Source: Escherichia phage phiLLS. Taken from it: 64,000 nucleotides of DNA. The first letter of the stretch is position 1. Every line of letters starts with the position of its first letter. The stretch is from the sequence record NC_047822.1, one strand, 5' to 3'. Under the pieces are notes generated by a model. That model ran no database searches. It had not been told where the DNA came from and was given only the letters and a program-made list of their open reading frames with translations. This document shows positions 44,622 to 54,842 of the stretch, one piece after another. The position numbers were made by a program, and so were the translations under genes.

Positions 44622-45626
44622 TTACTCGCTTTCGGTGCTAGTGGTAAAAGTAGAAATATCAATACCTTTCACCATTTCATCGATCATTTCAGCGATGTTA
44701 AAACTTTGCACCATTTCTAACATTGCCGCTTCCATAGCGGCCCCTGCTACCGCTTTCGCTTTCTGGTTGCTTGGGGCATACTGGTCAACCGCTACGCTCA
44801 GCAGGTTGGCAATTACTACTCGACCGATAGGCGTATCAATATAACCTTTAATCATGAACGGTGCTTTTTTAGCCGCTACTTTCGTAATTTGAGTAAGTGC
44901 AATTTTACCCGCTTCCAGTTTTGCAGCGTTTACAACAGCGGATTTATTAGCGGCAACAATGTTAGCAATCTTGGTCATAGTATTTTTTCCTTTGTTTTCA
45001 GTGATTTGAGTATTAACGCTTTGAGTGTTAGAATTTACAACATGGTTTTCTGTATTGTCAACTGGTTTTAGCGTAAATCCAGCATTTGCAACATTTGATT
45101 CATTCCCATATTCTAAATAATCGCTAGGGATCAACATGTTGCCACTAGCGCGTTCAAAACATAACACGCCAGTTGTAGAAATTACATCACTATCAGCACT
45201 TTTGTAATTAGCTGATAGTTCACGCCAAATGCTAGTTAATAACGATCCGACACTATCAGTCCTGATATTACTTACTTTTGTTGCTGTTACTTGCTCTTTT
45301 TCTTGCACGTTATATAATCGCGCAATGTAGCCACTATTAGATTCACTATAACCAACAATGATAAAATCAATATCACTCCCACGTTGATTGCGGAAAATGT
45401 GATAATCACGGTTGAAAATTACTAGCGCCCTTTTCTGGTCTAGTAATTGTGTGAAATCTTCAACTGAATAATGAGTATCATTACTGTCTAAAATTTCATC
45501 ATGAATCTTTTCAACCATGCTAGCGGTATGTTGTACACTTGCCGCGCTACTACCATCTAGCAGGTTGCGCAAACTACCCTTTACAATAGTTGCGTTTGCT
45601 GGTACTGCAATTCTAGTAAAAGACAT
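44622..45626 (-). CDS. Hypothetical protein (334 aa)
   Basis: Long minus-strand ORF with GAGGGAG RBS; first gene of the cassette; no motif recognised. Confidence 0.6.
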   Translation of the reverse strand: MSFTRIAVPANATIVKGSLRNLLDGSSAASVQHTASMVEKIHDEILDSNDTHYSVEDFTQLLDQKRALVIFNRDYHIFRNQRGSDIDFIIVGYSESNSGYIARLYNVQEKEQVTATKVSNIRTDSVGSLLTSIWRELSANYKSADSDVISTTGVLCFERASGNMLIPSDYLEYGNESNVANAGFTLKPVDNTENHVVNSNTQSVNTQITENKGKNTMTKIANIVAANKSAVVNAAKLEAGKIALTQITKVAAKKAPFMIKGYIDTPIGRVVIANLLSVAVDQYAPSNQKAKAVAGAAMEAAMLEMVQSFNIAEMIDEMVKGIDISTFTTSTESE

Positions 45627-45893
45627 TTTCTTGTCTCCCTCGTTAATCGGTGAGTAAATGATAAAGGTATTTTCTTTCTAGGGGCAAATATTATTTTACC
45701 TTTTTATTTTCCTTGCCTAGCGCCTAGTTTTATGCTAACCGCGCAGCGGTACAGTAAAGAGCAAAACACGGTGAAGCCGCTAGGGCGGCGCATTGAGGCT
45801 TTACTTTAATATTACCCCCACTGCATTTAGCTCGTTAGAAAGCGATTTAGGCCGCTTAAAATTGATTGCAGTTGTTAACACTACCTTTCTACC

Positions 45894-45934
45894 CTGTATA
45901 TTTATACAGTAGGATAATCTGTGGATAAGTCTGT
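45894..45934. repeat. Inverted repeat, right arm (41 bp)
   Basis: Reverse complement of 42846-42886 with one mismatch; contains CTGTGGATAAG. Confidence 0.85.
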
Positions 45935-46440
45935 GTAAAAGTCCTTATATCGCCGCCTATCGTGTCAAATCATTTTGTGCTGTGGATAACGTTGGGGATA
46001 ACTTAAATGATAGTGGTTCTCACTCAGGCCGATAGTTTCTTATAGTTATTATTTCTATCGGTTACGATTTCTTATAGTTATTATTTCTCATTAATTTATA
46101 AGTATATTATATATTATGGAATAGTTAGTTGGCTAATGAGATTTTCCGTGATTAATAGTCTGCTAATAGTTTAAGCCGTTACAATCCACCAGCATGATTA
46201 TCGTTCTAGCAATTATTAGTCTGCTATCTTTCCGATGCATACTAACAAATAAAAGTCAATTAATTTATTTCATAAAATAAGTAGTTATCCACTGGAAAAT
46301 AAAAGTCAAGTGGATAACTAGGAAAATTTCATTTTTGCTTCTGGGGATAAGTTATCAACAAGGCTAGAATGCGCCTAAAACGCCCTACAACGCAGTAAAG
46401 TTTTTAGCCATCCCATCATAAGGGGATAAGCCGTTTATCG
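45920..46440. promoter_or_regulatory. Cluster of DnaA-box-like 9-mers (TTATCCACA family)
   Basis: GTGGATAAG 45922, TGTGGATAA 45981, GGGGATAAC 45995, TTATCCACT 46285, GTGGATAAC 46310, GGGGATAAG 46343 and 46432, TTATCAACA 46352. Confidence 0.5.
46036..46088. repeat. Tandem direct repeat, 2 x 21 bp (TTTCTTATAGTTATTATTTCT)
   Basis: Identical copies at 46036-46056 and 46068-46088. Confidence 0.8.
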
Positions 46441-46764
46441 CTGCCACGAGCTTTTTAGATTTTGTCAAGTAGGGCAAGGCAAATATAAATGAAAAAATTA
46501 CTTGCTTATCTGCTGGGTTTTATGGTATTCGCGCGCCCGTTTCTTTTAATTTTAGGCCGTCGCCGGACGCGGTGCGAGTATTTGCCTTCTTTACATTTCT
46601 TTACAAAAATAAGGTTGCGCCTTTTTCGTTGTTTGTTATTATTTATCTCGTAGGGCGGCAATGACGAACTACACGGCGGGAAGTTTACCGCCGCGCTCTT
46701 TAAAAATTGGGTATATCTTAAAGTCTATCGGCGGTAAACTTATCAATTATAAGGAATCGACGAT

Positions 46765-46968
46765 ATGAAACAAACTTTACTAATCACTGGTAAACCTAGC
46801 AAGGCACTGGACAGCAAAACAAAAAATTTGTTGACAGTAGCGCAAAGATCGGTAAAATATCGATTTAAGCAGTACAAGAAAGGCCGCCAGCAAGGTCTGG
46901 AAATGATCTGGCGAAATATTATGATTGACCTGAAAGAAAATCATAAAAAACTGCAAAAAATAGTTTGA
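46765..46968 (+). CDS. Hypothetical small basic protein
   Basis: 67-aa ORF with AAGGAA RBS; first + strand gene after the repeat region. Confidence 0.45.
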   Translation: MKQTLLITGKPSKALDSKTKNLLTVAQRSVKYRFKQYKKGRQQGLEMIWRNIMIDLKENHKKLQKIV

Positions 46969-47196
46969 CTTCCTAGCCGATAGGCTTTAAGATGTACCCA
47001 GTTCGATGAGAGTGATAACTTGATACAATTTGACGGCCGGTACTTGCCATAATGTGCCCCGCCCCCTAACTGGGATATAGCGGCCTGAGTGGAGTTCTTT
47101 AATTTGATTATAATGGCGAGTGGATTTTTTCTTATTATCTGCTACTTTCTAGCAGATAATGCGGAACAATCCACTGAATAAACTGGAGTTTATACC

Positions 47197-47448
47197 ATGA
47201 AAAACGTTATTACCGCGCCGAAAGTTGGTCAATCCGTTTTTATTCCTTTCGTTACTAAAACGGACGAATTAACCGGAAAAGCCGAACGTATTAAAGGTGC
47301 GGCGCTTATGCCGTTCGATACAATCGACGCGGTATACGCTGAAAATGAACGCAGCAACAACGGAAAGCCCGTTTTTAGCGTTCGCGTTAAATCCGGCGAC
47401 GTTGTAAAGGTTGTTCAACGCAACGAAAAATGGGAAGCTGTGTTGTAA
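47197..47448 (+). CDS. Hypothetical protein
   Basis: 83-aa ORF; 10-bp perfect hairpin downstream. Confidence 0.5.
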   Translation: MKNVITAPKVGQSVFIPFVTKTDELTGKAERIKGAALMPFDTIDAVYAENERSNNGKPVFSVRVKSGDVVKVVQRNEKWEAVL

Positions 47449-47546
47449 TTTAGTGTTAACTTTATATTCCCCTGAAATATGGGGAATATAACGATTAACA
47501 TTATGTTAATCTTATCCCTTAAATTAAATCAACAGGAGTTACAATC

Positions 47547-47954
47547 ATGACTAACGTTAAAACCGCAAAATTCGCATGGAATGAAGAAAACACTCAGAAA
47601 GCTGTTTCCATGTACCAGCAGTTAATCAATGAAAACGGTTTAGATTTCGCAAATAGCGACGGCCTGAAAGAGATTGCAAAAGCAGTAGGCGCGGCTTCTC
47701 CCGTATCCGTTCGCTCAAAATTGACCAGCGCGAAAGCGTATCAGAAAAGCGATAAGCCGCGCAAAGTTGGCGGCGGCAGTTCAATCCGCAAAGCTCACTA
47801 TGTACGCGTTATTGCAAAACATGCCATTGATTCCGGCATTATCAAAGACGCTGACGATCTGGCATCACTGGAAAGCGCAAAACTGGAAACGCTGGACGCA
47901 GTAGCACAACTGTTAGGCGTTGCCGATGAAGTAAAACAAGCCGCAGGCGAATAA
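47547..47954 (+). CDS. Pre-early A2-like protein (putative)
   Basis: 135 aa with AGGAG RBS, immediately upstream of the A1-like gene; assignment from synteny and size only. Confidence 0.4.
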   Translation: MTNVKTAKFAWNEENTQKAVSMYQQLINENGLDFANSDGLKEIAKAVGAASPVSVRSKLTSAKAYQKSDKPRKVGGGSSIRKAHYVRVIAKHAIDSGIIKDADDLASLESAKLETLDAVAQLLGVADEVKQAAGE

Positions 47955-48012
47955 ATTTAATTAGTGGGGAATACTCCCCACTATAATTTCCCTTAAATCA
48001 GGAGTTATTAAA

Positions 48013-48210
48013 ATGATCTTTTACCCTACTGAATCGTTAATTCTAGGCTTGTTTATTATGGCGGCCTCATTACTATTCGCTTATTTTCAAAATGATCTGG
48101 ATTCGTATTATTTTAAGCGCAAAGCTAATCTAGCAAAGCGTTTGGGCTTATTTTGCTTTATTGCCGCCGTTGTTTGTGGTGTTAGTTCTAGCCTGATGCC
48201 GATTAGTTAA
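48013..48210 (+). CDS. Hypothetical small membrane protein
   Basis: 65-aa ORF, two hydrophobic segments, AGGAG RBS. Confidence 0.45.
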   Translation: MIFYPTESLILGLFIMAASLLFAYFQNDLDSYYFKRKANLAKRLGLFCFIAAVVCGVSSSLMPIS

Positions 48211-48306
48211 ATGTTGCAAATTATAACGCCTATTATTCAAGGCGTTATATCTGGCAATATTGCCAATAACAAACGTTTTTAATCCCTTTAATGGAGTTTT
48301 ATTATC

Positions 48307-49977
48307 ATGGTTATTTCCGCAGAAAAACAAACCCAGATCCTCAATCTTGCCGCTGATTTCAATTTCTATGGTAAACGTCTGCGCGCTACTAAACTGGAAG
48401 TTTGTGACGATATATCAAAAGCGGTTTACGATACTGCAAAACATTCCACCGCGATTTGTGACTGGTTGGAAGCAAATAAACCAGCGAAACCAAAAGCGGC
48501 GAAAGTAGCAAAAGCCATTAAAAACGATGACCGCCCTGAAGCCGCCGGAGTTATTTCTAGCACGGTGGAGCAATGGGAAGTAAAGCAGGGCAACCGCTTC
48601 ATTATCACATCAATCCAGAACAACACGTTCCCGCATAAAAACTTTTTAGCCTCGCTCGAGCAATATGCCCAGTTTATTGGCGCTGATTTGCTTGTTAGCA
48701 AGTTTATTTATAACAAAAACGGTTTTCAAAATGGGGAAGGCGCGGACGGAATAAAATACGATTCCGCGTTTGACAAATATATCTGCAATAAGAACGTATT
48801 TTTAAACAATCGCCGTTTTGCTTTCATGGCTGAGATTAATGTTTTGCCCACCGCAGATTATCCGCTATCTGGATTCGCTGAAACTGCAACGGCTTTAAAT
48901 ATTGAGGGTCTGGCAATTGGGGCGGCTAAAATCACCGCCGAAAGCGTGCCAGCTTTAAAAGGTGAAGTAGTGCGCCGCATGTATTCAACGGGAACGGCAA
49001 CGCTAAAAAACTATATTCAGCAAAAAGCAGGGCAAAAAGCGGAGGCGCTACATAACTTTGGGGCGCTGATTGTTGAGTTCGACGAAGACGGTGAATTTTT
49101 TGTTCGCCAGCTTGAAACGATGGATGAAAGCGGCGTTTTTTACGATTTGAATATTTGCGCTACTCCCGCCGGATGCTATGAAACATCGGGGCATGTTTTA
49201 GGCTTGCAATATGGTGACGTCCACGCTGAAAAACTAGATGAAGAGTGCGCCGCAGCGTCATGGGGACACGGTGACACCTACGGGCTTGTGGATATTCTCA
49301 AGCCAAAATATCAATTCGTCCATGACGTGCATGATTTTACATCACGCAACCATCACAACCGCGCCTCTGGTGTATTCCTAGCAAAACAATACGCCGCCGG
49401 ACGTGATAAGGTTCTGGATGATCTTATCGATACGGGGCGCGTACTGGAAGCAATGGAGCGCGATTTCTCGCAAACAATCATTGTTGAATCTAACCATGAT
49501 CTGGCGTTATCTCGTTGGCTTGATGATCGTAATGCTAACATTAAAGACGACCCAGCAAACGCGGAACTATATCACCGCCTTAATGCTGCAATTTACGGAG
49601 CTATTGCAGAAAAAGACGACACTTTCAACGTGCTAGATTATGCGCTGCGCAAGGTTGCAGGCTGCGAGTTTAACGCTATTTTCCTAACGACTGACCAATC
49701 ATTTAAAATTGCAGGCATCGAGTGCGGCGTACACGGTCACAATGGCATAAACGGCAGTCGTGGCAATCCGAAACAGTTCAAGAAATTGGGCAAATTAAAC
49801 ACGGGGCACACTCATACCGCCAGCATTTACGGCGGCGTATATACCGCTGGCGTGTCTGGTAGTCTGGACATGGGCTATAATGTTGGCGCGTCAAGCTGGA
49901 CGCAAACGCATGTTATTACCTATGCAAACGGTCAGCGCACTTTGATTGACTTTAAAAACGGTAAATTTTTCGCGTAA
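48307..49977 (+). CDS. Pre-early A1-like protein, metallophosphatase-fold nuclease
   Basis: 556 aa; metallophosphatase motifs GDVH, HDVHD, ESNHD. Confidence 0.6.
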   Translation: MVISAEKQTQILNLAADFNFYGKRLRATKLEVCDDISKAVYDTAKHSTAICDWLEANKPAKPKAAKVAKAIKNDDRPEAAGVISSTVEQWEVKQGNRFIITSIQNNTFPHKNFLASLEQYAQFIGADLLVSKFIYNKNGFQNGEGADGIKYDSAFDKYICNKNVFLNNRRFAFMAEINVLPTADYPLSGFAETATALNIEGLAIGAAKITAESVPALKGEVVRRMYSTGTATLKNYIQQKAGQKAEALHNFGALIVEFDEDGEFFVRQLETMDESGVFYDLNICATPAGCYETSGHVLGLQYGDVHAEKLDEECAAASWGHGDTYGLVDILKPKYQFVHDVHDFTSRNHHNRASGVFLAKQYAAGRDKVLDDLIDTGRVLEAMERDFSQTIIVESNHDLALSRWLDDRNANIKDDPANAELYHRLNAAIYGAIAEKDDTFNVLDYALRKVAGCEFNAIFLTTDQSFKIAGIECGVHGHNGINGSRGNPKQFKKLGKLNTGHTHTASIYGGVYTAGVSGSLDMGYNVGASSWTQTHVITYANGQRTLIDFKNGKFFA

Positions 49978-50050
49978 ATAAATCAGGTTGGCGGCTTGAA
50001 ATATGGCCGCCATTATAAAAGTTTATTAAATTAATTGGAGTTTTATAAAT

Positions 50051-50443
50051 ATGAAAAAGCAAAATATCCCATTCGATCGCGCTCAGTCTTCTATTGTTCT
50101 AGTTTATTCTAGTGGTGAGCGCTATCACGTCGAGGCGGGGCACGTTGTTGATGATTTAATCGAGTTTAACGAGGCGCTACAGATCACTACTTTCGCCTAT
50201 ACCACGGGCAAACTATCAAGCCGCATCAAGGCGAAAGGCGTTTATATTGACACGATGAAGCAGGAAACGATTATCATTGACGCGGTGAAGTCCGGTCTAG
50301 CCTTTGCAGTTGTCGCGCCTTGTCCCGCTTGTCTTGATGATCAGTTAATGAGCGCGAAGGTATTCACATGCGCGGGCATTCGTTCCAGCGTATCAGGTGA
50401 GGATATTAGTTTTATCGCTGATGCGCTTGCGTTTGGCCTTTAA
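50051..50443 (+). CDS. Hypothetical protein
   Basis: 130-aa ORF with GGAG RBS. Confidence 0.5.
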   Translation: MKKQNIPFDRAQSSIVLVYSSGERYHVEAGHVVDDLIEFNEALQITTFAYTTGKLSSRIKAKGVYIDTMKQETIIIDAVKSGLAFAVVAPCPACLDDQLMSAKVFTCAGIRSSVSGEDISFIADALAFGL

Positions 50444-50517
50444 TAGCTGGACTAGTCCAGCCCATCCAGCGGGCTGGATTAATTTAATTTAATCCCTTAA
50501 ACGGAGAACGTAACAAA

Positions 50518-51237
50518 ATGAAGATTACCCGTAATTTCCCGCATGTTTCCCGCGTCATGATTTGGGATCTGGATGGCACTATCGTTAACTCATTCCATCG
50601 CGTAGCGCCTTGCTTTGATAGTGAGGGCAATCTAGATCTAAATAAGTATAAAAATGAAGCGTGTAAACATGCTTTGATAATGCAAGATACACTGTTACCG
50701 CTTGTTACCTATATGCGCCAGTGCATGAATGACGCCAACACGTTAAACATTATTTGTACCGCTCGACTAATGAGCAAATCAGATTACTATTACCTACGGA
50801 AGCAAGGGCTGCGAGGGCGTGGGGGTAGCAATATCCGCGTATTTTCCCGCGATACACTGCACAAATATTTTGAAGCTGATAAGGTTAGCGAAATATACCA
50901 CAGCAAAGACGCTATATATAAAAGCCACTATTTTGAGTTATTTAAGCAATTATATCCGAACGCTGATTTCACGATGATTGATGATCATAAAGGCGTGCTA
51001 TCAGCGGCGGCATCATACGGATTTAAAACGCTGGACGCGCAAGCCGTTAACGATATTCTATCGATTGGGGTTACATTGATAGGTGAAACCTTTATCGATG
51101 AATCTCTTGAGGATGATAATGATTATCAGTTCCTGGCCGACCGCCTGCAATTATGTTGGGAAGGTATGACCGAAGAAGAACGCGCAGAATATAGTTGCAG
51201 CCCGCAACAATATATTGAGAAATTAAAAGTTGCGTAA
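50518..51237 (+). CDS. HAD-superfamily 5'-deoxyribonucleotidase-like protein (dmp-like)
   Basis: HAD motif I (IWDLDGTIV) near the N-terminus; 239 aa. Confidence 0.5.
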   Translation: MKITRNFPHVSRVMIWDLDGTIVNSFHRVAPCFDSEGNLDLNKYKNEACKHALIMQDTLLPLVTYMRQCMNDANTLNIICTARLMSKSDYYYLRKQGLRGRGGSNIRVFSRDTLHKYFEADKVSEIYHSKDAIYKSHYFELFKQLYPNADFTMIDDHKGVLSAAASYGFKTLDAQAVNDILSIGVTLIGETFIDESLEDDNDYQFLADRLQLCWEGMTEEERAEYSCSPQQYIEKLKVA

Positions 51238-51401
51238 TAATTAAAGTTGAAATTGTTTCACCTTGCAATTAAAATGGTTGCAGGGTGAAACAGTTAGCAT
51301 GGTAATAGTAACGGGGGTGGCGGTTAGCAGACTAAGTATTTTCGCCGGAGGCAGTGAGCACATCCTCATGTGTAATCTTATGAAATTTCGAGATTTCCAA
51401 A

Positions 51402-51647
51402 TTAGCGCATAGAAGGGTCACCAAACCGATGTTCAGGTCTGAACTCACGGAATCTCTTCCGCGACGCCCGAGAACCATCCGACCATTCTCGTTCAAACTC
51501 CGCACGTTTCTCGTCAAACTTCCGCTCCCTTTCCGCAATCTCCCGCGTCACTCCCGCAATATATTTACGATGCTTGTTGATTGCCGCAGTTGTCCCGAAA
51601 ACCCCCGCGAGTATCCCGATAATAAAAGCAATTACAATACTAAACAT
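51402..51647 (-). CDS. Hypothetical membrane protein
   Basis: 81-aa minus-strand ORF with N-terminal TM helix. Confidence 0.4.
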   Translation of the reverse strand: MFSIVIAFIIGILAGVFGTTAAINKHRKYIAGVTREIAERERKFDEKRAEFEREWSDGSRASRKRFREFRPEHRFGDPSMR

Positions 51648-51831
51648 CTAATTCCCTCTCAATTTGCAGAATACGGGTACTATCACAACGTTGCAGTAGT
51701 GCTAGCTTTTCTAGAGTAACTTGTTGTTTTACCTGAGCTTCTAGAGTTTTTAGGCGGAGATACACGATACGAGAGACAATGAGGATTACCCAGACTAATA
51801 TTACCATTAGTGTAATTGCCACTTCCATCAT
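51640..51831 (-). CDS. Hypothetical membrane protein
   Basis: 63-aa minus-strand ORF with N-terminal TM helix. Confidence 0.4.
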   Translation of the reverse strand: MMEVAITLMVILVWVILIVSRIVYLRLKTLEAQVKQQVTLEKLALLQRCDSTRILQIERELDV

Positions 51832-52239
51832 TTACGTTTCTCCGATAGTAAGGTTTCGATTCTAGCTAAGTGATTATCTAAGATACATTGCCCAATAATC
51901 ACAACCCCCAGTAGTGCAATAATTACCCATTCCATTAAATCCACCCCGCCATAGCTGCTAACCAAAAACCTACGAAGATTAGGAATAATACAAAACCAAA
52001 TCCGTAAATATTAATCCACGCTTCGTACACTTCTCCGCGTCTGTTCTTTCTTTTATTTGACATATCTTTCGTACTCCCGTAAATGTGATTTTTGAAATAT
52101 TCTATAATTTGTGCACAACCAACCGTGCCTGTGGACCCCTAGAAGGGCTTCTACTTTTCTTATATAGTGTTTTCTGCCAGTATACCGTCCAAGAAATAAA
52201 AAATTTAGTTTACTTGGATGTCTTTTTGCTTTATACTAA

Positions 52240-52506
52240 TTACAAGTAATTAGATTGCTCTAGTTTAAATTTACAATCACCGTATTTAAGGTCAAACTGA
52301 CTGAGATCCCACCACCCAAACTTAGTACGGAGCTGTACTACTGGAAAGCGATCTCCCTTAATACGAACTTTTTGAACCTTGAGGCCGTAATGTTCCTCTC
52401 CCGCACCACCAAAAGATTTTACAAATCCCGTACAAAATGGTTTGGGGGCAGGTGCACAACCAGATAACATAACTGCGGCAACTAGTGCAATCACAAACTT
52501 TTTCAT
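52240..52506 (-). CDS. Lipoprotein, putative receptor-blocking lytic-conversion protein (Llp-like)
   Basis: Signal peptide with lipobox (LSGC); divergent from the adjacent receptor-binding protein gene. Confidence 0.55.
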   Translation of the reverse strand: MKKFVIALVAAVMLSGCAPAPKPFCTGFVKSFGGAGEEHYGLKVQKVRIKGDRFPVVQLRTKFGWWDLSQFDLKYGDCKFKLEQSNYL

Positions 52507-52591
52507 ATTTATCTCTCCATTTCTAATTTATGAATCTATTATAGCAAAATAGAGAGATGAAAGCAAATACATTTTTATAATAGGAGATTAT

Positions 52592-54349
52592 ATGGGTTTT
52601 TTCGCTGGAAAATATAGCGATGGTAAGACCGTACTATCTTTAAATACTGAATCTGGTGGTGACATTAATCGTCACTATAGTCCAAATAATAATAGTATTT
52701 TTCATAGTGATATGCCATTTGTCCTAGTTGATGGTACTTATGAGGCAGGATTAGGAGATGCCGGGAATGGGTTTTTTGTCTGTCAGATGCCCTCTGACAT
52801 AATAAATATTAAATCCAACGACCCGGGTAGAGTTATACTAACTGCTATTGAGATTAATGGTACTCATAGGGCTTTTCTTAATGGTACTCAAAGTAAGGTT
52901 GGCCAAACTATAGTTGCTACTCAAGCAGATCCCTTTAGATCTTTTGCTAGTGTTTCTCAAACCAGTGGATTTGCATTTGGTAATAGTCTAGCATCTGGCA
53001 CTTATAATTATAATCCCTCTCTAGGGCATGAAGAATCTATCTCTAGAAATGGTACTGGAGGTACTACGTTACATAGTACCTATCACGGTATAGTTAGGCC
53101 CGGTGCGGGAGCTCCTGTAGGTATTACTGTTGCACAAGCTTTTGAGCAATTGGGTTTCCCTACTAATAGTAGCACAGTACCTGTAGATGGGAATAACCCG
53201 TACTATTGGGATCCCGGATGGATGTCGCCTCTAGGAGCAGCGCATAGAGGGCATGATTGGTTTTATGTCTGCAATTCTAATATACGTGGATATGGTGGAG
53301 TTAGACAAGGGCTCCCAGGTAATGTAAATACTATGTACCACGACGGTGGGAACAGGTTTGTTTGTAGGGGATCTACTACTAATCTAGCTAACCAGTCGGG
53401 TGACTCTACAATACTACAGGATTGGTATAATATAACTCCTACTAAGGTTATTTGGTATGTTCTTAATTTAAGGTACTCGAATGGTGGAATGAGTATTTCA
53501 GGTAATCCCTTTACTGGTTCTGATATTCTTATATCTCCTTCTAATTTCATAATTAAAGGGGTAAGTCTCCCTAATACCGGGTATAAATTTATTAATCAGA
53601 ATGCTTTTGGTAACTTAGGTTATCGTCCTGATATGGAGTATATAGGGAATAACGCAGCGTATACTGGAGCCTTCGGAGATACCACTGCAAGGTGTGAACT
53701 TGTAGGATCTAGTAATGGAGGGTTGTGGTCTCCTGTAGATTATGGAGGGGCTAAATCCCAAATTAGCATTTACAAATTTGGAGCAGGTAAACAGTGGTAT
53801 GTAAACTCTAACGATAATACTATTGGTAATGAGCATGGGGTTGTTTGGGGACCCTCAGCAGTTCCACTGCGACTTTTTGGTGGAAATGTAGGTAGTTCCT
53901 ATATGGGAGATGATATTACTCCCCACTATCCAGGAACGGGTGATAGATACGTTGGTTTATCAACTATTGGGCTAGGTATACCAGGCGGAAATGCTACAGT
54001 AATTCTTACTACTGAAGTTATATCAGGTAATCTTAATTGTGCGGGTGTTCCAGCTAATACATGGAATAATGGTGTGTTTCAAGTGCAAGGAAGAAGAGCG
54101 TATAGCTATAGCGGCGGGGATGCAATATTCCACCAGATTTTAACGCTACCTGTGGGCTATCTAGTACCTTTTCATACTACATCTGCTTTTAGATACACGC
54201 CTAACAATGCTCTTAGTAGAAACAGTTTTATATATACCGTTAAAAATCTAGGAAATGGAAATGTAGAGTTAGGAGTAGTTATGCATGTGAGTTTGGGTAG
54301 CGCAGTTTTCCTACCTAGATTAAGAGTAACAGTTCAACGCCTTACCTAA
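52592..54349 (+). CDS. Putative receptor-binding tail protein (pb5/Oad-like position)
   Basis: 585 aa, Gly/Asn/Ser/Thr-rich; strong AGGAGA RBS; divergent from the lipoprotein gene. Confidence 0.5.
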   Translation: MGFFAGKYSDGKTVLSLNTESGGDINRHYSPNNNSIFHSDMPFVLVDGTYEAGLGDAGNGFFVCQMPSDIINIKSNDPGRVILTAIEINGTHRAFLNGTQSKVGQTIVATQADPFRSFASVSQTSGFAFGNSLASGTYNYNPSLGHEESISRNGTGGTTLHSTYHGIVRPGAGAPVGITVAQAFEQLGFPTNSSTVPVDGNNPYYWDPGWMSPLGAAHRGHDWFYVCNSNIRGYGGVRQGLPGNVNTMYHDGGNRFVCRGSTTNLANQSGDSTILQDWYNITPTKVIWYVLNLRYSNGGMSISGNPFTGSDILISPSNFIIKGVSLPNTGYKFINQNAFGNLGYRPDMEYIGNNAAYTGAFGDTTARCELVGSSNGGLWSPVDYGGAKSQISIYKFGAGKQWYVNSNDNTIGNEHGVVWGPSAVPLRLFGGNVGSSYMGDDITPHYPGTGDRYVGLSTIGLGIPGGNATVILTTEVISGNLNCAGVPANTWNNGVFQVQGRRAYSYSGGDAIFHQILTLPVGYLVPFHTTSAFRYTPNNALSRNSFIYTVKNLGNGNVELGVVMHVSLGSAVFLPRLRVTVQRLT

Positions 54350-54359
54350 AGGAGGAAAT

Positions 54360-54842
54360 ATGGCAAATGATGTATTAGTACCAGATCTTATGTCCCCTGA
54401 AGGGATGGATGTAATTGAAGCTTATTTACAGTGCGGCAGCGATGTGCCTTCTGCCGCACGTAGTCTTGGAATGTCCGAAATTGCTTTCCGAGATATTATG
54501 AATCGTAGTGAAGTTAAGAACTACTTAAATGATATTTTTATGGAGAGTGGTTTCCGTAATAGGGATCGTTTATTTGGTGTTCTGGATGAAGTTATTAAGC
54601 GTAAGCTGGAGGAACTAGAAGAAACGGGCATGGGTTCTGACCAGGATATTATGGATATTCTCTGGAAAGCACACAAAATGAAGATGGAAGAAATGAAAAT
54701 GATGGTGGAGTTAGAAAAAGCTAAAGCTGCCGTTCGAGCTCCTGCTAATCAGACTAATATCCAGAATAACATTATTGCTGGAGCTGGGGATCAAAACTAC
54801 ATGGATTTAATTACTTCCCTAGCTACTGGAGGTAAGAAGTAA
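54360..54842 (+). CDS. Terminase small subunit (putative)
   Basis: 160 aa immediately upstream of and coupled to the large terminase; HTH-like N-terminus. Confidence 0.5.
   Translation: MANDVLVPDLMSPEGMDVIEAYLQCGSDVPSAARSLGMSEIAFRDIMNRSEVKNYLNDIFMESGFRNRDRLFGVLDEVIKRKLEELEETGMGSDQDIMDILWKAHKMKMEEMKMMVELEKAKAAVRAPANQTNIQNNIIAGAGDQNYMDLITSLATGGKK

Noticed and set aside
45894-46760. Possibility that the DnaA-box cluster is a captured host oriC
   Set aside because: GATC sites, which are dense in enterobacterial oriC, are nearly absent, and the 13-mer AT-rich unwinding-element pattern is not present.
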